Positions 36,302 through 45,396 of a DNA stretch of 64,000 nucleotides are shown piece after piece. The stretch spans positions 4,913-68,912 of the forward strand of contig JBGSYF010000017.1 in assembly GCA_041751015.1 (NCBI GenBank), written 5' to 3'. This DNA comes from Chitinophagales bacterium. Its GTDB lineage: Bacteria > Bacteroidota > Bacteroidia > Chitinophagales > BACL12. The notes under the pieces were generated by a model. The model was not told the DNA's origin and searched no databases. It worked only from the letters and a program-made list of their open reading frames with translations. Each line of letters starts with the position of its first letter. The stretch's first letter is position 1. Both the position numbers and the translations under genes were made by a program.

Positions 36302-38617
36302 ATGACCTCCCCCTCCACCGCTCGCATGTATTGCGGGAGATCTTGTGCTGCTTTTGCATATGTTCCCGGCTTTTTGAACTCCTGCTTATGGTCGGGAGTG
36401 TTCCTGTGGCTTTTACAGCCCACTGCACTTCTGTCCCAAACGGCCATCAGCGGATCCATCAATGTTTACGCCAAGGTCAACGCCATTGCCGGGCCGGATT
36501 TAACGGTAACGGCAAGTGCCGGCTTCTTTGACGGAGATCAGGTGCTGCTCATTCAAATGAAAGGCGCCCAGGTTGATGAAGTACCCGGACCGGATTTTGG
36601 CACTATCCTAAACTACGGAAGTGCCGGTAATTACGAATATGCGGTCATAGAGGAAGTTATTCCCGGACAAATTACCCTGACCCAGGAGCTCTGTCGTGAC
36701 TTTGATCCGGCAGGACATGTTCAGATTGTCAGTGTACCCGTGTACACCGATGCCGAAGTTGTCGCGCCCGGCTTGGGTGCTCCGGCATGGAACGGGAATA
36801 TAGGTGGGGTACTGGCTCTGCGAGTCAGCGGCACGCTAACCCTGAGCGCTCCCATCAATCTCGATGGCCGGGGATTCAGGGGAGGAGAAATCTGTACCAA
36901 TGGTTTTGATTGCTCCGACCTCGCCTGGGCCACCGGCGTGGTGTTTGGTCTTTGTCAGGGTGGCGATAAAGGCGAAGGCATAGCCGCGGCCATTCCCGGT
37001 CTCACGATGGGAAGAGCGCGCATGGCCAGCGGGGGCGGGGGCAGTACCAGGAGCAATGCGGGCTCCGGAGGCGGTTCAAACGGGGGCGCCGGTGGTTTGG
37101 GCGGGCAACCCTGGACGGGCTGTGGCCCCATTCCTGTTCAGGGCATAGGGGGGGAGGCACTCGACTACTCCGAGGACCGGGTCTTTGCCGGGGGCGGGGG
37201 CGGGGGTGGCTACCGCGACAACAGTCAGCCTGCGGCGCCAGGGGGGCGGGGCGGAGGAATCATCATGATCGAAGCGGGGCAGATTGATGCACAAGGCAAC
37301 AGCGTCAGCGCGAACGGAGAAGATGTAACCCTGGAGAGTCTGGACGAAGGCGCAGGGGGGGGTGGAGCCGGAGGCAGCATCATCCTGCGCACAGAAAGTA
37401 TTCTCTCAGCTCTGGATTTAAGCGCTAAAGGGGGAAAGGGGGGGGATACTCGCAACGTCCTCTTTCCCTTTGACTGTCACGGCCCGGGAGCAGGCGGAGG
37501 CGGTGGATACATCGGAACTTCGCTGCCCGCCTGGCCAGCCCTTCCCCTCGTCACTACCGACCTGGACGGTGGTGACCCCGGTCAGATCAATCACTTTACG
37601 GGCTCTTGCGGCTTTCCCTCAACACATTCAACCCAGCCGGGAGAATCAGGATTGACTCAATTCTCTCTTGCTTTAGTCCCCGACGCTCCGGTCATTGATC
37701 TGGGAGAGGACATCGTGGCCTGCGGCGGTACTACAGTCACACTGGATGCCGGACCTGATTTCCTGAGTTACCTGTGGTCAGACGGCTCTTTGACGCAGAC
37801 CTTGACTACAGGGGAAGGAGGGCTGTACACCGTTCTGGTCAGCAGTGAGTGTGGCTCGGCCACCGACTCCATCAACATTACCTTCCTGGATCTGCCAATA
37901 CCCGATCTGGGAGATACGACGGGTTTCTGCGAAGGCAGCAGCCTGATCCTGGATCCCGGTGAGGGATTCAGCACTTACCTGTGGTCCGATGCAAGCACGG
38001 ATCCCACCCTGAGCGTCAGCAGCACCGGATGGTACTCCGTTGAAGTCAGCAATGAGGCGGGCTGCACAGGACGCGACAGCATACAGATCAGCGATATCTA
38101 TCCCCTGCCTGTTCCAGAACTGGGTGAAGAGCTCTTGTTCTGCGAAGGGGAGGAAGTTCAACTCGATGCCGGCCCCGGTTTCATCAGCTATATCTGGAAC
38201 GCGGGCAGCACCATTCAGTTTCAGGATCTGAACCTGCCCGGTCTCTACCTGGTTGAAGTGCTGGATGCCAACGGATGTGCCGGCCGGGATTCCCTGATCG
38301 CATCCTGGTTACCCGATGAGGAATGCCGGAGCATAGTGGTCTTTCCCAATGCCTTCACCCCCAATGGAGACGGACTGAACGACTTCTTCCGGCCGGTGAT
38401 CAACGGGGCCCTTCCCCTGAATTTTCAAATGAGCATCTTCAATCGCTGGGGTGAAATGGTCTTTGTCAGCAATGACTATGCGCTGGGTTGGGATGGCACC
38501 TACCGCGGCGTAGCCGCCGAATTGGGCACTTATGTATGGAAGGCGCATCTGGAACTCCTCTTTGAAGGCGAAAGCCTAAAGGAAACCCGCAGCGGCACCA
38601 TTACCCTGCTCCGCTAA
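36302..38617 (+). CDS. glycine-rich surface protein with three tandem Ig-like modules and a type B T9SS (gliding-motility-associated, CHU_C-like) C-terminal domain
   Basis: C-terminal VVFPNAFTPNGDGLNDFFRP...FNRWGEMVF...WDGTYRG...GTYVW. Central poly-Gly blocks (GGGGSTRSNAGSGGGSNGGAGGLGG, GGGGGGGY, GAGGGGAGGSIIL). The start is uncertain (TTG 36248, ATG 36302 or ATG 36326). Confidence 0.8.
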   Translation: MTSPSTARMYCGRSCAAFAYVPGFLNSCLWSGVFLWLLQPTALLSQTAISGSINVYAKVNAIAGPDLTVTASAGFFDGDQVLLIQMKGAQVDEVPGPDFGTILNYGSAGNYEYAVIEEVIPGQITLTQELCRDFDPAGHVQIVSVPVYTDAEVVAPGLGAPAWNGNIGGVLALRVSGTLTLSAPINLDGRGFRGGEICTNGFDCSDLAWATGVVFGLCQGGDKGEGIAAAIPGLTMGRARMASGGGGSTRSNAGSGGGSNGGAGGLGGQPWTGCGPIPVQGIGGEALDYSEDRVFAGGGGGGGYRDNSQPAAPGGRGGGIIMIEAGQIDAQGNSVSANGEDVTLESLDEGAGGGGAGGSIILRTESILSALDLSAKGGKGGDTRNVLFPFDCHGPGAGGGGGYIGTSLPAWPALPLVTTDLDGGDPGQINHFTGSCGFPSTHSTQPGESGLTQFSLALVPDAPVIDLGEDIVACGGTTVTLDAGPDFLSYLWSDGSLTQTLTTGEGGLYTVLVSSECGSATDSINITFLDLPIPDLGDTTGFCEGSSLILDPGEGFSTYLWSDASTDPTLSVSSTGWYSVEVSNEAGCTGRDSIQISDIYPLPVPELGEELLFCEGEEVQLDAGPGFISYIWNAGSTIQFQDLNLPGLYLVEVLDANGCAGRDSLIASWLPDEECRSIVVFPNAFTPNGDGLNDFFRPVINGALPLNFQMSIFNRWGEMVFVSNDYALGWDGTYRGVAAELGTYVWKAHLELLFEGESLKETRSGTITLLR
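37697..38314 (+). repeat. three tandem ~70-aa coding repeats (DLG-x-C-x-LDAG-GF-SYLW-...-Y-V-V-...-C)
   Basis: Units start at 37697, 37904 and 38117. Shared pattern: DLGEDIVACGG..LDAGPDFLSYLWSDGS / DLGDTTGFCEGS..LDPGEGFSTYLWSDAS / ELGEELLFCEGE..LDAGPGFISYIWNAGS. Confidence 0.8.
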
Positions 38618-38627
38618 GTCTTCTGCG

Positions 38628-41486
38628 TTAAGGCTTCAGTTTTTCAGCCAGGAAAGCAGCCGTGTAACCCTTTCCATGTTTGGCCACCTCTTCAGGAGTG
38701 CCTGCATAAACGAGATAGCCGCCCTGATCCCCCCCCTCCGGGCCAAGATCAATCAGGTAGTCGGCGCACTTGATCACCTCCATGTTGTGCTCAATAACCA
38801 AAACGCTGTGCCCGCGCTCAATCAGCGCATCAAATGCCTTGAGCAAGGTTCGGATATCGTGCAGGTGCAGGCCCGTTGTGGGCTCGTCAAACACAAAAAG
38901 CACAGGTGCCGTGTTCTTGCCCTTGCCCAGAAAGGAGGCCAGCTTGACCCTTTGGGCCTCCCCACCGGACAGAGTACTCGCGCTTTGGCCCAGTTGAACG
39001 TAGCCCAATCCCACATCCATCAGAGGCTCCAGCTTGCGCACGATGTCCTGCTCGGCTTTGAAGAAATTCACGGCATCGCGAACCGTCATGCTCAACACAT
39101 CGTGAACATCCTTTCCCGCATAGTGCACTTCCAGCACTTCGGGCTTGAACCGGCGGCCCGCACAATCCTCGCAGGTCAGGTGAATGTCGGCCAGAAATTG
39201 CATCTCCACCACCGTTTCACCCTCTCCTTTGCAGTTGTCGCAGCGCCCCCCTTCGACATTGAAGGAGAAGTGCTTGGCCTGCAAACCCCGGGATTTGGCA
39301 GCCACCTGTCGCGCGAACAAATCGCGGATGGCATCATAGGCCTTGATATAAGTCACTGGATTGGAGCGCGATGACTTTCCAATCGGGTGCTGATCCACCA
39401 GTTCAACCGCTGTGAGGCGTTTGAACGCGCCTCCCAATTCAGCGTGTTCCCCGGGTTTTTCGCTAAAGCCCTGCAGCTTGGCCTGCAGAGCGGGCACCAG
39501 AATGCCCTTGATCAGCGAAGTCTTTCCCGAGCCGCTCACCCCGCTGACCACCACCAGGCGATTGAGCGGAATTTCCACATCCACGTTCTTGAGGTTGTGG
39601 TGCCGGGCTCCCTTTAAAGAAATGCTGTCTCCACCTTTTCTCCTTCTCGGGGGAAGGGGTATGCGCTCACGGCCCGAGAGATAAGCGGCTGTCAGACTTT
39701 TGGGATGCTTGATCAGTTGCTCATAGGGTGCTGCGGCTACCACCTCCCCTCCTTCCGAGCCCGCCAGAGGTCCCATATCGATGATGTAGTCGGCGGCTTT
39801 CATGACCTCTTCTTCGTGCTCTACCACCACCACCGTATTGCCCAGATCCCGCAAGCGCTTCATGACCCGGATCAGGCGGGCGGTGTCCCTTGGGTGCAAA
39901 CCAACCGAGGGCTCATCGAGTATGTAGAGCGAAGAAGTCAGATTGCTGCCCAACTGACGGGTGAGATTGATGCGCTGCGATTCGCCCCCGGACAAAGTGC
40001 CGGCCAGGCGATTCAGCGTCAGATAACCAAGTCCGAGATCGAGCATATAACCCAGGCGCTGCCTGATCTCCAGGATCAATCTTGCTCCAACGCTCTGCTC
40101 CCAGGTGTTGAGCTCCAGTCCGGCTATCCATTGCTGCAGCCCTTCGACCGGCATCAGCATAAGATCGGCAATGGATTGACCGGCTATCTGTACATAGTGC
40201 GCATCGGATCTCAGGCGGGTTCCGCGGCAATCCGGACAGGTGGTGCGCCCGCGGTAGCGGCTGAGCATGACCCGATACTGAATCTTGTAGCTCTGCTCTT
40301 CAATATGTTTGAAAAATTCGTCTAGCCCGTCGAAGTGATCGCTGCCCTTCCATAACATATCATACTGTACGGCAGTAAGCTCCCGTATCGGCTTGTGCAC
40401 GGGAAAGTTGGCTTTGGCAGCAGCCTTGATGAGCTTCTGTTGCCAGGCGTTCATCTTGTCGCCTTTCCAGGCGGCAACAGCTCCCTGATAGATGCTCAGG
40501 CCTTTGTCGGGAATCACCAGATCGGGATCGATGCCAATCACGGATCCAAATCCCTCGCAGCGCCTGCAGGCTCCATAGGGATTGTTGAAATTGAAAAAGG
40601 CATCGGTGGGATACTCAAAACGCATCCCGTCCAGTTCAAAGCGCACGGAGAAATCCCTTCGGCGTTCTTCAGCAGGTCGATCGGGCAGATCAATGGCACA
40701 GTCGCCCTGACTCTCTTGAAAAGCAGACTGGGCCGAATCGGCGACCCGCTTGCGCAAGTCTTCATCACCCGGAGCGGAAGCAAATCGATCAACCACCAGC
40801 CAGACCTGATCGCGCGCCGGAGCTTTCTTGCGCTCGAGCACTTCTTCAATACGCAGCACTCCCTCGGGGCAGAGCACGCGGGTGTAGCCCTTTTGCAGCA
40901 GCAGATTGAGCTCGTCTTTTAAATTGCGCTTGTGAACACTTTGCAATGGGGCGAGCAACTGAACTCGGGTAGAGGGCTCCAGCCCGTCCACGTAGTCCAC
41001 CACATCGCTGATCTGGTGCCTTTTGACTTCCCCACCGCTGATGGGCGAAAAGGTGCGTCCAATTCGGGCGTAGAGCAGACGCAGATAGTCGTAGATCTCC
41101 GTCAGGGAACCCACAGTGGAGCGGCTGCTCCGCGAACTGACTTTCTGTTCCAGTGCTATGGCCGGACACAGGCCCTCTATGCCGTCAACATCCGGCTTGT
41201 TCATGCGGCCCAGAAACTGCCGGGCATAGGCCGAAAGGCTTTCTACGTACCTCCGTTGCCCTTCGGCATACAGTGTGTCCATGGTCAGCGAGGATTTCCC
41301 GGAACCGCTGACTCCGGTGACCACCACCAACTGATTGCGGGGTATGTCCACATCGACATTTCTCAGGTTGTGCATGCGCGCTCCTTTGATGCGAATGACT
41401 GCTGATGCCTGAGACCGAACCTTTTTGGCCGGATTTTTGAGGGTATTTGCTTTGGACAAGGGGAAAAATCGCTTAAGCGAGCCCAT
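38628..41486 (-). CDS. uvrA: excinuclease ABC subunit A
   Basis: IKGARMHNLRNVDVDIPRNQLVVVTGVSGSGKSSL, both ABC modules, zinc-finger Cys clusters, LYILDEPSVGLH. ATG 41486 is preferred, because the track start at 41573 would add an atypical 29-aa extension. Confidence 0.93.
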   Translation of the reverse strand: MGSLKRFFPLSKANTLKNPAKKVRSQASAVIRIKGARMHNLRNVDVDIPRNQLVVVTGVSGSGKSSLTMDTLYAEGQRRYVESLSAYARQFLGRMNKPDVDGIEGLCPAIALEQKVSSRSSRSTVGSLTEIYDYLRLLYARIGRTFSPISGGEVKRHQISDVVDYVDGLEPSTRVQLLAPLQSVHKRNLKDELNLLLQKGYTRVLCPEGVLRIEEVLERKKAPARDQVWLVVDRFASAPGDEDLRKRVADSAQSAFQESQGDCAIDLPDRPAEERRRDFSVRFELDGMRFEYPTDAFFNFNNPYGACRRCEGFGSVIGIDPDLVIPDKGLSIYQGAVAAWKGDKMNAWQQKLIKAAAKANFPVHKPIRELTAVQYDMLWKGSDHFDGLDEFFKHIEEQSYKIQYRVMLSRYRGRTTCPDCRGTRLRSDAHYVQIAGQSIADLMLMPVEGLQQWIAGLELNTWEQSVGARLILEIRQRLGYMLDLGLGYLTLNRLAGTLSGGESQRINLTRQLGSNLTSSLYILDEPSVGLHPRDTARLIRVMKRLRDLGNTVVVVEHEEEVMKAADYIIDMGPLAGSEGGEVVAAAPYEQLIKHPKSLTAAYLSGRERIPLPPRRRKGGDSISLKGARHHNLKNVDVEIPLNRLVVVSGVSGSGKTSLIKGILVPALQAKLQGFSEKPGEHAELGGAFKRLTAVELVDQHPIGKSSRSNPVTYIKAYDAIRDLFARQVAAKSRGLQAKHFSFNVEGGRCDNCKGEGETVVEMQFLADIHLTCEDCAGRRFKPEVLEVHYAGKDVHDVLSMTVRDAVNFFKAEQDIVRKLEPLMDVGLGYVQLGQSASTLSGGEAQRVKLASFLGKGKNTAPVLFVFDEPTTGLHLHDIRTLLKAFDALIERGHSVLVIEHNMEVIKCADYLIDLGPEGGDQGGYLVYAGTPEEVAKHGKGYTAAFLAEKLKP

Positions 41487-41545
41487 TTTCCACAAATTGT
41501 GGCTTAGGTCTTGCGCGGTCTGAAAATTAAACCTAATTTGGTTCT

Positions 41546-41584
41546 GGGTTGAAAGGCCATTCCAAGCGTTCAACCCATTTTTTT
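41546..41584 (+). terminator. orphan intrinsic terminator-like hairpin in the uvrA / sigma-factor intergenic region
   Basis: GGGTTGAA (15-nt loop) TTCAACCC, then A T7 and a second T6 run. No plus-strand gene lies upstream. Confidence 0.5.
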
Positions 41585-41689
41585 AGCCTTTTTTCGCATA
41601 AGCACACGGGCAGAGCTCCCGAAACGGATAAAATCCAACCTATCGCAGCACACCTCTACGCTTGACTTATCGCTTAAACAAGACAAGCT

Positions 41690-42268
41690 ATGCAGGTACA
41701 CGTGCTTAGTGACCAGGTGCTTATTGGTCAATATCTGGCCGGTGACGAAAAATCTTTGGAGCAGCTTATTGCGCGCCACAAGGACAAGGTTTACACCTCT
41801 ATTCTCTTTATTGTCAAAGAACAGGCCCTGGCCGAAGATGTCTTTCAGGACACCTTCATCAAGGTTATTGACACCCTTAGATCGGGTAAGTACAAAGAGG
41901 AGGGCAAGTTCTTGCCCTGGGTGATGCGGATTGCCTACAATCTGTGTATTGACCATTTCCGCAGGGTTAAAAGAGCTCCGACAGTAACCACGCCTGAAGG
42001 GTATGACCTCTTCAATTTCATGAGTTTTGCGGAAAACAACGCAGAACAGGAGGTCATACAGGATCAAACCCGGGCCAAAGTGCGCCTGTTGATTGATCAA
42101 CTGCCTCAGGAACAGCGCGAAGTGGTCATCTTGCGGCATTATGCCGAGCTCAGCTTCAAGGAGATTGCCGATATGACAGAGGTGAGCATCAATACCGCTC
42201 TGGGACGCATGCGTTATGCCCTGATTAACATGCGCAAGCTGATTGCGGAGAAAAACGTGTCGATGTAG
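41690..42268 (+). CDS. RNA polymerase sigma-70 family (ECF-type) sigma factor
   Basis: Region 2 (VFQDTFIKV..., FLPWVMRIAYNLCIDHFRR) and region 4 (REVVILRHYAELSFKEIADMTEVSINTALGRMRYA). Confidence 0.88.
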   Translation: MQVHVLSDQVLIGQYLAGDEKSLEQLIARHKDKVYTSILFIVKEQALAEDVFQDTFIKVIDTLRSGKYKEEGKFLPWVMRIAYNLCIDHFRRVKRAPTVTTPEGYDLFNFMSFAENNAEQEVIQDQTRAKVRLLIDQLPQEQREVVILRHYAELSFKEIADMTEVSINTALGRMRYALINMRKLIAEKNVSM

Positions 42269-42376
42269 AACAATAAGCCTACGTCAGGCTCGTTTTAGGT
42301 GCAATTCCGGCGCTCAGATGACCCAGTAATCCGATCATTTGCTCCGGATGTTCATACACCCTCCTAAAATGAGTTC

Positions 42377-42616
42377 ATGCAACAACCCTACACCCAAGAT
42401 CGCCTGGTTCGCTATTTGTATGGAGAAACGACTGTTTCCGAGTCTCTGGGGATGGCCCGGGAGATCAGCAATGATTTTTCCATGCGCGAGCGATTTGAGA
42501 ATCTGAAAGAGATCATCTCGATGCTGGATTGCCCATTGGCCAGTCCCCGCGAAAGCAGCATCTCGGACTTGCTTCTCTACAGCCGCAACACCGCCCCTCT
42601 GGAAACTCTGGGCTAA
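42377..42616 (+). CDS. 79-aa hypothetical protein downstream of the sigma factor (possible soluble anti-sigma-like partner)
   Basis: N-terminal LVRYLYGETTVSE resembles the start of anti-sigma N-domains. No TM segment. A strong terminator follows. An antisense ORF of similar length also exists. Confidence 0.5.
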   Translation: MQQPYTQDRLVRYLYGETTVSESLGMAREISNDFSMRERFENLKEIISMLDCPLASPRESSISDLLLYSRNTAPLETLG

Positions 42617-42657
42617 GCATCTATCCATCCACATATTTTTTTGGAGTTAATCACCAG

Positions 42658-42687
42658 CACCCGCCTTTTCGGTGGGTGTTTTTTTTT
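42658..42687 (+). terminator. rho-independent terminator
   Basis: CACCCGCC ttttc GGTGGGTG (8 bp including one G-U pair) followed by T9. Confidence 0.8.
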
Positions 42688-42711
42688 GATGTATTTGGCT
42701 ATCTTCCTGCC

Positions 42712-43476
42712 ATGGCTGAAGATTTAAATCCAAGGGAGAGTGAGCTCGGGAAGGGCTACTCCGGTTCACACGACGACCTGGACAACCCGATTGATGGACA
42801 GCAGTCCGAACCAGAAGCGATGGAACTGTTCGAAACCTTCCCCGACCGCGATCACGCTTCACCGGTTTTGCGCATCCTGGACGAGAGCGGCATTCCCTAT
42901 AGTTTGGAGGAAAACCGGAGCGGGTTTGATCCGAGTTTCGCCAACAATGTGGTCTATCAGGCCTGGGTGCTGAAATTGCCCCCGGATCGCTTTGAGGAGG
43001 CCCGGAGGGAATTGGAAGAGGCTCTGAGCGAACAGGATATACACCTTCCTCCCGATCACTATCTGCGGGATTTTTCGGTCGAAGAGCTGCTGGATGTTTT
43101 GGGCAAGGCCGATGAGTGGTCTGAGTTCGATGTGGTGATGGCCCGGCAGATGCTCGAAGCTCAGGGCATTCCTATCAGCGATGAAAAAGTCAGCCAGATG
43201 CGGGACACACGGCGCGAAGAACTGGCCCGACCCAGCCCGGCCGGCGGGGCGATGATTGCCTCGGCTTATATCCTGGCCCTGGCGGGAGGAGCTCTGGGTA
43301 TAGTTCTGGGTTGGGTGCTGAAGAGCAGCACCAAGACCACCGCCTTCGGCGACAAGGTGCCCAGTTATGACGAAGATTCCAGAGCGCAGGGAGCAAAAGT
43401 GATGCTCATAGGAACCGTAGTTCTGGTGATCTTCCTGGCCTATGCCCTGCTCAGACCGCTCTGGCTCGATCTCTGA
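42712..43476 (+). CDS. hypothetical protein with acidic N-terminal region and two C-terminal TM helices
   Basis: ATG 42712 is preferred because it sits after the terminator. The ORF is continuous. TM segments are AMIASAYILALAGGALGIVLGWVL and VMLIGTVVLVIFLAYALL. Confidence 0.6.
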   Translation: MAEDLNPRESELGKGYSGSHDDLDNPIDGQQSEPEAMELFETFPDRDHASPVLRILDESGIPYSLEENRSGFDPSFANNVVYQAWVLKLPPDRFEEARRELEEALSEQDIHLPPDHYLRDFSVEELLDVLGKADEWSEFDVVMARQMLEAQGIPISDEKVSQMRDTRREELARPSPAGGAMIASAYILALAGGALGIVLGWVLKSSTKTTAFGDKVPSYDEDSRAQGAKVMLIGTVVLVIFLAYALLRPLWLDL

Positions 43477-43608
43477 GAAGTCGTTTAAAAAATAGTTTTC
43501 AACATTTGGACATGCAGCCCTCTGCGCTGCTATGGGCCCACTGCCTTTGTGGTATTTTAGCCTTCCGACCAACACCGTGTATATCATAACGAAAGAGAAC
43601 AATACAGC

Positions 43609-44679
43609 ATGAGCAGCTCAAATGGAAACAAAGGGGGCGTTGCCCTTGATGCCAATAAAGTCAAAGCCCTGGGCCTGGCCCTGGACAGTCTGAATAAAAC
43701 TTATGGGAAGGGCACCGTAATGAAGATGGGCGATTCGCCCATTGCTCAGGTCGAAGCCATACCCACCGGTTCCCTGGGATTGGATATTGCCCTGGGGATT
43801 GGCGGTTTGCCCAAGGGAAGAGTGGTGGAGATCTATGGGCCTGAGAGCTCGGGTAAAACCACCCTGGCCCTGCATGCCATTGCCGAAGCCCAGCGCAAAG
43901 GCGGTATTGCCGCCTTCATCGACGCGGAGCACGCCTTTGACAAGCACTACGCAGAGAAGCTCGGAGTTGACGTGGAGAACCTGCTGATCTCCCAACCGGA
44001 TAACGGGGAGCAGGCACTGGAGATCACCGAGCACCTGATTCGCTCCGGTGCCTTGGACATTGTAGTCATTGACTCCGTTGCCGCTCTGGTTCCCCGGGGT
44101 GAGCTCGAAGGCGAGATGGGCGATGCCAAGGTAGGTCTGCAAGCCAGGCTGATGAGCCAGGCGCTCCGCAAACTCACCGGAACCATCTCCAAGACCGGTT
44201 GCTGCTGCCTGTTCATCAACCAGCTTAGGATGAAGATCGGGGTGATGTTTGGCAATCCCGAGACCACGACCGGTGGCAATGCGCTGAAATTCTACGCCTC
44301 TGTGCGTCTGGATATTCGCCGCACCGGGCAGATCAAGGAGAAAGAAGAGATTCAGGGCAACCGCGTAAAGGTCAAGGTGGTGAAAAACAAGGTGGCACCT
44401 CCCTTCCGCGTGGCCGAGTTTGATATCATGTACGGCGAGGGCATCTCCAAGGTCGGCGAGATCGTGGATATGGGCGTTGAGAACGGGGTTCTGCAAAAGA
44501 GCGGTTCCTGGTATTCCTACGACAGCACCAAGTTGGGCCAGGGTCGTGAGGCCGTCAAACAATTGCTTCTGGACAATCCCGAATTGTCCGCTGAACTGGA
44601 AAGCAAGATCAAGGCCGTTTACAAGCCTTCCGAGGAACCGGAGACGGCGGAGATGGGCGCGGATCTGGACGAGGCCTGA
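43609..44679 (+). CDS. recA: recombinase RecA
   Basis: [20 protein letters not shown] (Walker A), [10 protein letters not shown]-like, [25 protein letters not shown]. Confidence 0.97.
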   Translation: MSSSNGNKGGVALDANKVKALGLALDSLNKTYGKGTVMKMGDSPIAQVEAIPTGSLGLDIALGIGGLPKGRVVEIYGPESSGKTTLALHAIAEAQRKGGIAAFIDAEHAFDKHYAEKLGVDVENLLISQPDNGEQALEITEHLIRSGALDIVVIDSVAALVPRGELEGEMGDAKVGLQARLMSQALRKLTGTISKTGCCCLFINQLRMKIGVMFGNPETTTGGNALKFYASVRLDIRRTGQIKEKEEIQGNRVKVKVVKNKVAPPFRVAEFDIMYGEGISKVGEIVDMGVENGVLQKSGSWYSYDSTKLGQGREAVKQLLLDNPELSAELESKIKAVYKPSEEPETAEMGADLDEA

Positions 44680-44695
44680 AATCAGGTTTGAAGCC

Positions 44696-45388
44696 CTATC
44701 GCTTTGGAGCCTTTCCCGATTCGGAGAGTTTCTCAAAGCGATAGGGTCCCTTTTCGGAGCCCCAGAGTTGTTCGCCTTCGTCGTTCAAGCCTTTGTCCCA
44801 GGTGAACATCACCTCTCGATTCAATTCCACTTCTGCGCTGGCCCATCGGGCATCGCGCAGATTGCTGGGACAGGTCTTATCCGCTGTTGAGCCACTGTAC
44901 TGATCCTTTTCGGCATCGTAGCTCATGACGATATCGCAGCCTTCTCTCAGTTTGAGTCTCTCCTGCCCTATCTGGTCAAAGAGCGAGGGCTTTTTCCAGG
45001 CTCCAATCAAGGGGATGGGGTCGTTTAGGGTGTAAACGATACTCCGATAGCGCCCATCGGGCTCTTCGACCAATTGATAGACGCGCTGGCGGTAAGGCCG
45101 ATCCAGATAAGTAGAGACAGCCTGCTCGACATAGAGCCAATGTCCGTCTGTGCGTTCGGGCCAGATGCGGGCCATCTCCAGGCGGATATCATAAAAAGAG
45201 GTGTCTTCCAAAGACTGAGCCTGACTGGAGTAGGAGCCGCTCATCATAGCGCTTAGCCGCTCCAGACCGCTGGCTTTTTTGCTCACTCCCGCACTTTTGC
45301 CGCCCGATGACGCTTCGCTGCCAAGCTTGCAGGAAGTCTGAAAGAGAATGCCGGTAAAAAGCAGCAAGATTAGATACCAAAATCTCAT
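44696..45388 (-). CDS. CpcT/CpeT-like (DUF1001) lipoprotein
   Basis: Lipobox LFQTSC. SGSYSSQAQS...HWLYVEQA...RPYRQRVYQL matches my recollection of the CpcT/CpeT family pattern. Confidence 0.6.
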   Translation of the reverse strand: MRFWYLILLLFTGILFQTSCKLGSEASSGGKSAGVSKKASGLERLSAMMSGSYSSQAQSLEDTSFYDIRLEMARIWPERTDGHWLYVEQAVSTYLDRPYRQRVYQLVEEPDGRYRSIVYTLNDPIPLIGAWKKPSLFDQIGQERLKLREGCDIVMSYDAEKDQYSGSTADKTCPSNLRDARWASAEVELNREVMFTWDKGLNDEGEQLWGSEKGPYRFEKLSESGKAPKR

Positions 45389-45396
45389 ATAATATT

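Noticed and set aside
41490-41502. Palindrome upstream of uvrA as an SOS/LexA box shared with recA
   Set aside because: The recA upstream region (43477..43608) has only CCAC-n7-GTGG with different spacing. I cannot recall the Bacteroidota SOS motif reliably, so no SOS claim is made.
41487-41573. uvrA starting at the track ATG 41573
   Set aside because: That start would add 29 non-conserved residues and would place the start codon inside a strong hairpin loop. ATG 41486 gives a more typical distance to the GARxHNL motif. This remains uncertain.
43618-44736. 372-aa minus-strand ORF antisense to recA. Similar long antisense ORFs lie at 45511..47001, 24775..26046, 55983..56966, 9484..10503, 62902..63906, 54228..54995 and 47044..47868
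   Set aside because: In each case the opposite strand encodes an unmistakable conserved protein (RecA, GlyRS, DUF6089/UppS, AKR, CarB, VWA, CysH, GldA). These are shadow ORFs caused by high GC3.
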